Source of the DNA: Candidatus Nomurabacteria bacterium
GTDB taxonomy: Bacteria; Patescibacteriota; Minisyncoccia; Phycocordibacterales; UBA9973
Direction: 5' to 3'
Length of the DNA: 64,000 nt
Assembly: GCA_943356675.1 (NCBI GenBank)
Contig: CALRFQ010000002.1
Coordinates: forward strand, 1,433-65,432
The notes below the pieces were generated by a model. The model did no database searches and was not told the DNA's origin. It was given only the letters and a program-made list of their open reading frames with translations. This document shows positions 57,005-64,000 of this stretch, in pieces. How positions within the stretch are numbered: position 1 is the first letter of the stretch; each line of letters begins with the position of its first letter. A program made the position numbers and the translations under genes.

Positions 57005-58030
57005 ATGACAAATAAAAATATTCAACTTTATTTCTTCCTCGGGTTACTTATATTAATATCCGTTTTTAATTTATTTATATTCTTACCATTCATAAAGCTT
57101 TTTGCTGTTGTGGGAATATTTGCAGTCGTGTTCTTCCCAATGTTTGAAAGGATTAAAAAGTATGTAGCGTCCAATGGCTCTATAGCTGCAGTGCTTACTA
57201 TCCTTGCGGTAGGAATAGTGGTTCTTATACCGGTTACATTCTTTACATTTCAGGTGTTTGGTGAAGCGAAAGTATTATATATGAATGTTGGAAATTTCCA
57301 CGACACATTAAATGTACTTTCTGCGAATTTGAATAATAGACTTGCAGACTTCGTGCCAGCTGGCTCCATCGATCTTTCCTCATACATGTCTTCAATGTTT
57401 AATAAACTACTAAATAATCTTGGAGGAATATTTTCTGGCATAGCTTCATCTATACCGATAATTTTCCTAAGTACGATTTCTTTATTCTTCTTCTTGCGCG
57501 ATGGTAGGGGGTTTGTCGAGAGAATGATAAAAATTAGCCCACTCGATGATACTCATGATGTTCAGATACTTACTAAATTAAAGAAAGCGATCAATTCTAT
57601 AGTTAAAGGTACACTTATGATGTCTGGCATACAAGGGCTTATGGCTTGGTTCGGATTTATGATGTTTGGCGTGCCATCTGCTGCACTCTGGGGTGCTCTT
57701 ACAATATTTGCTGCGCTTATCCCAGGTGTGGGTACTGCGCTCGTTGTTGTGCCTGCTATCGTTTACCTTATCTTTACTGGAGGAAGTTTGTTCTCAATCA
57801 TTGGTCTTGCAGTATGGGGCATATTTATCGTTGGCCTCGTGGACAACTTCGTCCGTCCAATACTCGTCGGTAAAGATGTCGACATACATCCATTCCTTAT
57901 TATGATGTCTGTGTTTGGAGGACTTATTGTATTTGGTGCACTAGGTTTTCTTCTTGGTCCACTAATACTCTCACTATTTTCAGCACTCATTGAGATATAC
58001 CCGATAGTGACAAAGAAAGTTCTACAATAA
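57005..58030 (+). CDS. AI-2E family transporter
   Basis: Multi-TM, FFFLRDG, IPGVGT, DNFVRP, HP..GG...FG..G..LGP. Confidence 0.92.
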   Translation: MTNKNIQLYFFLGLLILISVFNLFIFLPFIKLFAVVGIFAVVFFPMFERIKKYVASNGSIAAVLTILAVGIVVLIPVTFFTFQVFGEAKVLYMNVGNFHDTLNVLSANLNNRLADFVPAGSIDLSSYMSSMFNKLLNNLGGIFSGIASSIPIIFLSTISLFFFLRDGRGFVERMIKISPLDDTHDVQILTKLKKAINSIVKGTLMMSGIQGLMAWFGFMMFGVPSAALWGALTIFAALIPGVGTALVVVPAIVYLIFTGGSLFSIIGLAVWGIFIVGLVDNFVRPILVGKDVDIHPFLIMMSVFGGLIVFGALGFLLGPLILSLFSALIEIYPIVTKKVLQ

Positions 58031-58034
58031 TTTC

Positions 58035-58769
58035 ATGAATAAGAATACTATTAAATTCATAAAGTTACTTCATCTGAAGAAGTTCCGTAAAGAAGAGGGG
58101 ATGTTCCTCGTGGAAGGAGAGAAAAGTATAATTGAACTATCGAAGTCGGACTTCGATATTGTAAATATTTATATTACACGAGAAATATTTGAAAAGTATC
58201 GGGAAGAATTTCGGAAATTTGATGCTATATCTGAGATAGTTACAGAAGAAGATTTGACGAAAGCTAGCACTCTTGAATTCAACGATACTGGGATTGCTAT
58301 CGTGAGAGAAAAAGAAAATATAGAATTTGAAATCGGAAATGAGTTAGTGGTAATGCTTGATGAAATCCGTGACCCAGGAAATCTTGGTACAATTATCCGC
58401 ACTTCTGATTGGTATGGAGTAAAGAAAATTATTTGCAGTGAGACGACTGCGGAATTTTATAATCCGAAAGTGATTGCCGCATCTATGGGCTCGTTCACAA
58501 GGGTTAATATTTTCTATACAGATTTAAAAGACTATTTAGAGAAAAATAATAATGTGAAAGTCTTGGGAGCGCTACTCGATGGCAGTGATGCACACACTTT
58601 CTCATACCCTGATTCTGGAATACTACTCATGGGCAATGAATCAAATGGTATTCATGCTGACCTTACGCCATATATCACAGATAAGATTACAATCCCTCGC
58701 TACGGCAAAGCAGAATCGCTAAACGTATCCATGGCAACCGGCATCCTCCTCGACAACTGGAAAAGATAA
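58035..58769 (+). CDS. TrmH/SpoU family RNA methyltransferase
   Basis: DPGNLGTIIRT, MGNESNG, ESLNVS. Confidence 0.92.
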   Translation: MNKNTIKFIKLLHLKKFRKEEGMFLVEGEKSIIELSKSDFDIVNIYITREIFEKYREEFRKFDAISEIVTEEDLTKASTLEFNDTGIAIVREKENIEFEIGNELVVMLDEIRDPGNLGTIIRTSDWYGVKKIICSETTAEFYNPKVIAASMGSFTRVNIFYTDLKDYLEKNNNVKVLGALLDGSDAHTFSYPDSGILLMGNESNGIHADLTPYITDKITIPRYGKAESLNVSMATGILLDNWKR

Positions 58770-58800
58770 TAAAAAATAGAGCCATATGGCTCTATTTTTT

Positions 58801-58992
58801 TTATCTTCTTTCCCTGCGGCGTTCATAACGACTATCTTCTTCCTCTTCAATTTTTTCTTTAGTTATGCCGCAATTTGGGCATACTCCACCTACGAGTTTG
58901 ATATTACAATCGGGGCACATTATATCGTCGCCAGTATTTGCTACTGGGGCATCTTCGATCGACAAATTTTCCATATATTCTTCGTAATCCAT
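58801..58992 (-). CDS. small zinc-ribbon protein
   Basis: CPDC..CPNCG, charged tail; convergent with TrmH across a hairpin. Confidence 0.65.
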   Translation of the reverse strand: MDYEEYMENLSIEDAPVANTGDDIMCPDCNIKLVGGVCPNCGITKEKIEEEEDSRYERRRERR

Positions 58993-59060
58993 ATGAAATA
59001 ATATATCATATCCCCATATTTAATCAAAAATAGCCTATGAATTATGGTATAATTACGACT

Positions 59061-61727
59061 ATGGAATGGTACACACAAACTAGTGAGCAAATATTTACTC
59101 ATTTTGATTCAAATGAAAACGGGCTATCGAAAGAGCAGGTCCTGATCAAACGCGAGAAATACGGAGAGAATAAATTGCCAGTTGCTGAAAAGACCACATA
59201 CTTTGAAATTTTCCTTCGTCAATTTCAGAGCTCGCTCATATATGTGCTTCTCGCTGCATGCGTGATTGTATTCATCATGGGTGATTATGGTTCAGGATTT
59301 TTTATCGGCATAGTTTTAATTATTAATGCAATTATTGGAACAATACAAGAAGGTAAAGCTCAGAATACACTTGAAGCACTTAATCATCTTGTGGATACTG
59401 AAGCCACCGTACTACGCTCAGGGATTGAACTTATTGTAAAGGATAGTGAGCTCGTTCCTGGAGATATTGTTCTCCTAAAAGAAGGAGATAAAATTCCAGC
59501 AGACACGAGAATAGTGAGTGCAGAAGATTTTACTATAGATGAATCATCTCTTACTGGTGAATCAGCAAACATTCATAAAAAAAGCGGAACGATTATTGGA
59601 AGTAATCTAAATATTCAAGACCAAAACAATATGGTTTTCCGTGGGACTTATGTGCTTTCAGGGACGGCAAAAGCTATCGTTGTAGCGACAGGTATTTACA
59701 CATTCATTGGAAATATTTCTGTAAAATTAAAATCTCTCGATACTGATGTGCCGCTCAAAGCTGATATAAAAAGATTGTCGAATGTACTCATTATAATTGT
59801 TTGTGTAATTGTCGTCATAATGTTTTTCCTTGGAGTATACTCTGGTATTCCAGTGCGTGAGATGTTCTCAATAGCGGTGGCAGTGGCAGTATCTGCAGTG
59901 CCGGAGGGACTCCCTGTAGTGGTGACGCTAATACTCGCGACAGGTGTGAGTAGGATGAGTAAAAGAAATGCGCTGGTGAAGAATCTGCAATCAGTGGAAG
60001 CGCTCGGACAGGCAGACATAATCGCTGTGGACAAGACTGGCACTCTTACACTCAATCAAATGATGGTTACAGAGGTTTATACTGCAAATGGCCTTTATGA
60101 AGTCACTGGTAATGGCTATGAGCCGAAGGGTATGATAAAAGAATCTGGTAATCAAGTGGACTATACTTCACGTCCTGACCTAATGTATGTAGGCAAGATT
60201 TCTTCACTTACTGTGAGGGCTCATATTGCATACAATGAAGAGAAGGATTCTTGGCAGAGAGTTTCTGGAGATCCTACCGAAGTGGCACTACTCGTATTTG
60301 CACAGAAATTGGGACTAAATAAATTTGTACTAGAAGCAGAGAATCCAAAGATAAGTGAAATACCATTTAGTTATAAAAATAAATTCCATAGTACTTTAAA
60401 TGAAGTTCACGGGAAGAAAGTCTATTTCGTTGCTGGCTCACCGGAAGTAATACTTAAAGCTTCAAAAGAAATATTATTTAGTAATAAAAAGATTCCAATT
60501 ACTGATGAAAAATATAAGGAATTAGAAGTGGAACTAAGTAAAATGCTTGCGAAAGGACTCCGAGTACTTGGGCTTGCTGTTGCGGAGCATCACAATACTG
60601 AAGTAGATCAAAATGAGTTACCAAAGCTTACATTTGTAGGTTTCGTGGGCATAGAAGACGCGATAAGAGTGGAGGTGGCAGATGCTGTAGCACGCTCGAA
60701 GGCTGCTGGAATACGCGTGGTGATGATCACTGGAGACCATGTAGACACTGCGAAAGCTATTGGGAAAATTGTGGGAATTTATACGGATGGTGATGATGTG
60801 ATTACAGGTGATGAGCTAGACACTCTAAGTGCTACAGAAATAAAAAGTAGAATCGTGAAGACTAGCCTTTTTGCTCGCGTGAATCCAGAGCACAAGATGG
60901 CAATCATAAATGCATATAAAAGTGCGGGGCTCATCGTGGCTATGACTGGAGATGGTGTGAACGATGCGCTCTCACTTGCTGCAGCGGACCTAGGGGTGGC
61001 TATGGGTAAGATCGGTACTGAGGTGGCGAAAGAAGCCGCAGACATTGTGCTCCTCGATGACAACTTCGGAAGCATTGTATCTGCTGTGGAAGAAGGCCGG
61101 AATATTTACAATACAATTAAAAAGGTGGTGATGTATTTGCTCTCAACAGGACTCGGAGAAATATTTGCTATTGCGGGAGTGATGGTGCTTGGGCTTGATA
61201 TGCCATTTACTGCAAGCCAGATCATATGGCTCAATTTCGTGACAGATGGATTCCTTGTGGCGGCTATTGCACTTGAGCCAAGTGAGCCCGGCATCTTAAA
61301 TGAGAAGAAGAGAAAGGGGGATAGTAAGTTGCTCACTTTCCCTATGCTTGTGCGAATGTTCATCATGGGATTTGTGATGATGGCAGGCACACTATTCTTG
61401 TATAAATTCTATTCTGCTGATTTCCTGAAAGCTTCGACCGTGGCAGTGACAGTGCTCGCTGTGTATCAATGGATGAATGCGCTCAACTGCCGAAGTGAAA
61501 AGAAATCGATTTTCAAAATTAACTTTTTCTCAAATATATATTTGGTTTTGTCACTTATGGCAGTGTTCCTACTACAGTTCGCTGCAGTATACGTGCCATG
61601 GTTTAATAATTTCCTAAGTACTACACCGATTGGATTTTATGACTGGGTGATTATTATGATAGTCTCACTTTCTGTGATCGTGGTAGATGAAATTTACAAA
61701 TTCCTAGTATATGGTAGAATGCGCTAA
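59061..61727 (+). CDS. P-type cation-transporting ATPase (type IIA, Ca2+-like)
   Basis: LTGES, VPEGLP, DKTGTLT, MITGD, TGDGVND; start ATG 59061. Confidence 0.95.
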   Translation: MEWYTQTSEQIFTHFDSNENGLSKEQVLIKREKYGENKLPVAEKTTYFEIFLRQFQSSLIYVLLAACVIVFIMGDYGSGFFIGIVLIINAIIGTIQEGKAQNTLEALNHLVDTEATVLRSGIELIVKDSELVPGDIVLLKEGDKIPADTRIVSAEDFTIDESSLTGESANIHKKSGTIIGSNLNIQDQNNMVFRGTYVLSGTAKAIVVATGIYTFIGNISVKLKSLDTDVPLKADIKRLSNVLIIIVCVIVVIMFFLGVYSGIPVREMFSIAVAVAVSAVPEGLPVVVTLILATGVSRMSKRNALVKNLQSVEALGQADIIAVDKTGTLTLNQMMVTEVYTANGLYEVTGNGYEPKGMIKESGNQVDYTSRPDLMYVGKISSLTVRAHIAYNEEKDSWQRVSGDPTEVALLVFAQKLGLNKFVLEAENPKISEIPFSYKNKFHSTLNEVHGKKVYFVAGSPEVILKASKEILFSNKKIPITDEKYKELEVELSKMLAKGLRVLGLAVAEHHNTEVDQNELPKLTFVGFVGIEDAIRVEVADAVARSKAAGIRVVMITGDHVDTAKAIGKIVGIYTDGDDVITGDELDTLSATEIKSRIVKTSLFARVNPEHKMAIINAYKSAGLIVAMTGDGVNDALSLAAADLGVAMGKIGTEVAKEAADIVLLDDNFGSIVSAVEEGRNIYNTIKKVVMYLLSTGLGEIFAIAGVMVLGLDMPFTASQIIWLNFVTDGFLVAAIALEPSEPGILNEKKRKGDSKLLTFPMLVRMFIMGFVMMAGTLFLYKFYSADFLKASTVAVTVLAVYQWMNALNCRSEKKSIFKINFFSNIYLVLSLMAVFLLQFAAVYVPWFNNFLSTTPIGFYDWVIIMIVSLSVIVVDEIYKFLVYGRMR

Positions 61728-62227
61728 TGAAAATAACGCTGAAAGAAATCATTAAAAAGACCGAGAAGAACGAGCATTCCTGCGTGGTGATACTCGATGA
61801 GCTTACAGATGTGCACAATGTGGGAGCTATTATCCGTAGCTCTGTGGCTTCTGGCGCTGATGCAATCGTGGTAGGCAAGCACAATCAAGCTCCGATCAAT
61901 GAAACTGTGGCTCGCACTTCTGCAAACACTGTGGGTATGATTCCGATAATTGAAATGAATGTGAATGATGCAATACGCACACTCAAGGACAATAAATACT
62001 GGGTCCACGGGCTCTTCATGCAAGGAGGAAGTACTCTCTGGAGCAGTGACCTCACAGGCAAGGTGGCGATAGTAGTGGGCTCTGAAGGTGAAGGCATAAA
62101 TGACCTTACGAAAAAATTATGTGACTTCTCGCTCTCTATACCGATGGATAAAAAAGTGGAATCACTCAACGCTTCCGTCTCCGCAGCTATCGCACTCTAC
62201 GAACGCTTACGACAAATATCAAAGTAG
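61727..62227 (+). CDS. SPOUT RNA methyltransferase (RlmB-like catalytic domain only)
   Basis: D..NVGAIIRS, GSEGEG, ESLNASVS; lacks the N-terminal substrate-binding domain. Confidence 0.85.
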   Translation: MKITLKEIIKKTEKNEHSCVVILDELTDVHNVGAIIRSSVASGADAIVVGKHNQAPINETVARTSANTVGMIPIIEMNVNDAIRTLKDNKYWVHGLFMQGGSTLWSSDLTGKVAIVVGSEGEGINDLTKKLCDFSLSIPMDKKVESLNASVSAAIALYERLRQISK

Positions 62228-62270
62228 TGTATAATATAAATATATTATTAATTTAATTTAAATAAATTAT

Positions 62271-62336
62271 ATGGGAAAAGGAGATCATAGAGTAAAAAAG
62301 GAAGTGAAGAAGCCAAAGAAGGATAAGAAGAAATAG
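62271..62336 (+). CDS. basic microprotein (21 aa) with THX-like N-terminus, not in ORF track
   Basis: MGKGDHRVKKEVKKPKKDKKK*, own TATAAT and terminator hairpin at 62345-62367. Confidence 0.5.
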   Translation: MGKGDHRVKKEVKKPKKDKKK

Positions 62337-62384
62337 TTTTCATGAAGTCACCCGAAAGGGTGATTTTATGTTATAATAGCTCTT

Positions 62385-63386
62385 ATGATAATGATTGGAA
62401 TATTTATACTACTGATGGCTTCAGGCTTCTTCTCGGCCCTCACACTCGCTTATATGACCTTTGACATGAGTGTGCTTGAGCGCATGGCAAAGCAGAAGAA
62501 TAAAGATGCCATAGCCGTACTTTCTATTCGTAAACATGGTATGAAGCTCCTGGCGACGCTTATTCTGGGTACAAATCTCGCAAACGCTTTTGCTACGGTG
62601 CTCATTGGTGACCGCTTCAGCGGCTTTGTGACGGGTATAGTTTCTGCTGCACTCATCTTCCTGCTTGCAGATGTTTTCCCTCAATCTTTCGGTAGTCGGC
62701 ATGCACTCAAGCTCGGTAGCTTCTGTGCACCATTTATGAAATTGCTCTTATTTATTTTTTATCCTATCACTGCACCTATTGCATACTTGCTTAAGAAAAT
62801 TCTTGGTGAAGAAAAGATTAATAAACTTTCAAAAGTTGATTTGCTTTCCATACTAGACGAAGATGAGAAAAATAATGTCCTCGGGGTTGATCATGATGAG
62901 CGCCGTATCGCTCGCGGATCACTCTCATTCTCGACACGCAGAGTTTACAACACAATGACTCCAAATACTGTAGTGAAGACTATTTCCTCAGGTGCAGTGC
63001 TCGACCAAGTAGCGCTCCTTGAACTTCGTGATACTGGATACTCACGTATACCTGTGTATGAGAATGACCACAATAATTTCATAGGAATTTTATATTTGAA
63101 AGATCTGATTGGCATACCAGTACCAAGTAATGTGAAAGATGTAATGGACCGCACTGTGCACTTTGTGCACGAACAAGATCCACTTGATAAAGTGCTCGGT
63201 GAATTCATATCAACGAAGATGCATCTTTTCGTGGTGCTCGATGAATTCGGCGGATTTACTGGAGTGATTACAGTGGAAGATATTCTTGAAGAAATCATTG
63301 GCCAAGAAATAATGGATGAAGATGATGTGATTCCAGACCTCCGCTCCTTCGCTCGTGCCCGCCAGAAAAATAAGATGGATAAATAA
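62385..63386 (+). CDS. CNNM (DUF21)-CBS domain hemolysin-family protein
   Basis: SGFFSA, MTP, GYSRIPV, VLDEFGG..GVITVEDILEEIIG.EI.DE.D. Confidence 0.92.
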   Translation: MIMIGIFILLMASGFFSALTLAYMTFDMSVLERMAKQKNKDAIAVLSIRKHGMKLLATLILGTNLANAFATVLIGDRFSGFVTGIVSAALIFLLADVFPQSFGSRHALKLGSFCAPFMKLLLFIFYPITAPIAYLLKKILGEEKINKLSKVDLLSILDEDEKNNVLGVDHDERRIARGSLSFSTRRVYNTMTPNTVVKTISSGAVLDQVALLELRDTGYSRIPVYENDHNNFIGILYLKDLIGIPVPSNVKDVMDRTVHFVHEQDPLDKVLGEFISTKMHLFVVLDEFGGFTGVITVEDILEEIIGQEIMDEDDVIPDLRSFARARQKNKMDK

Positions 63387-63387
63387 T

Positions 63388-64000
63388 ATGGACAACAGCC
63401 AAGAACAATTTGACGTGATAGTTATCGGTGGTGGTGCGTCTGGCATGATGGCAGCGGCTGTAGCAAGCAAGGAGAAGAAGACAGTGCTCGTGATCGAGAA
63501 GAACTATATGCTCGGTGCGAAGCTAAGGATTACTGGCGGCGGCAGATGCAACATCACAAATGATGAGGACGACATAAGAGTCTTTATGAAATACTATGGG
63601 AAGGCTGAACCATTCCTTTATTCTGCATTTTCAGAATTTGATAAGAATGACACTTTTAAATACTTCGAAGAGCGTGGGCTGCCACTCGTGGTGCAGGCAA
63701 GGAAGCGCGCATTCCCGCATACAGAGCGCGCAGAAGATGTGTGCCAAGTGATGGAAAAGGATTTGAATAATGCATATGTAAAAATCAAATTAAATACTCG
63801 CGTCGAGAAAATTCTCCACGATGGCAAGAAGATCACAGGAATACTCACAAACAAAGGTAGCTTCACAGCCGGCTCATACATACTCGCAACTGGCGGGCTC
63901 TCACACCCAGAGACTGGTGCGACTCGTGACGGATTCGACTTTATGAAAGATTTAGGTCACACAGTAAAGGAGCCTACACCTAGTATCGTGCCGCTTGAAG
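63388..64000 (+). CDS. HI0933/BaiN family flavoprotein, partial (runs off window)
   Basis: VIGGGASGMMAA, GAKLRITGGGRCNITN, LATGGLSHPETG. Confidence 0.9.
   Translation, partial: MDNSQEQFDVIVIGGGASGMMAAAVASKEKKTVLVIEKNYMLGAKLRITGGGRCNITNDEDDIRVFMKYYGKAEPFLYSAFSEFDKNDTFKYFEERGLPLVVQARKRAFPHTERAEDVCQVMEKDLNNAYVKIKLNTRVEKILHDGKKITGILTNKGSFTAGSYILATGGLSHPETGATRDGFDFMKDLGHTVKEPTPSIVPLE

Overview
AT-rich bacterial chromosome segment, standard genetic code. The gene set and style (short or absent leaders, little Shine-Dalgarno signal, MYG1, SWIB, CxxC-x17-CxxC, DUF1653) suggest a Patescibacteria/CPR (Parcubacteria-like) genome; this is an inference. Housekeeping content: 3' end of a PBP2 gene, greA, lysS, a truncated dcw cluster (mraZ-rsmH-ftsL-ftsI-murF), an ldh-glycerate kinase-eno-pyk-DHODH-like cluster, PIN-PhoH, tRNA-Glu, prs, rmuC, obgE, gatB, gap, metK under a SAM-I riboswitch, and a PPIase/YihA/CapA/AI-2E/TrmH/P-type ATPase/CNNM/HI0933 block. 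An accessory region at about 33-53 kb holds a stress-gene cluster and an unusual restriction-modification-like locus. That locus encodes an SF2 helicase, an amino-MTase, a C5-MTase, a DUF3883 nuclease, a GIY-YIG-RAMA protein and a DUF2779 protein; the helicase and the nuclease share a paralogous recognition-type domain. The region also has a second SAM-I riboswitch before an unknown Cys-rich ORF, two long structured non-coding RNA candidates, and a field of small genes punctuated by palindromes. Thirteen palindromes across the window fall into three sequence types with one shared architecture, ATTC-N4-ATTC-N4-GAAT-N4-GAAT. Also seen: two MITE-like insertions that duplicate a start codon, a covarying 5'-leader hairpin present twice, a tRNA 3'-end duplication, and unannotated microproteins. 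All family assignments come from motif recognition by eye; no searches were run.
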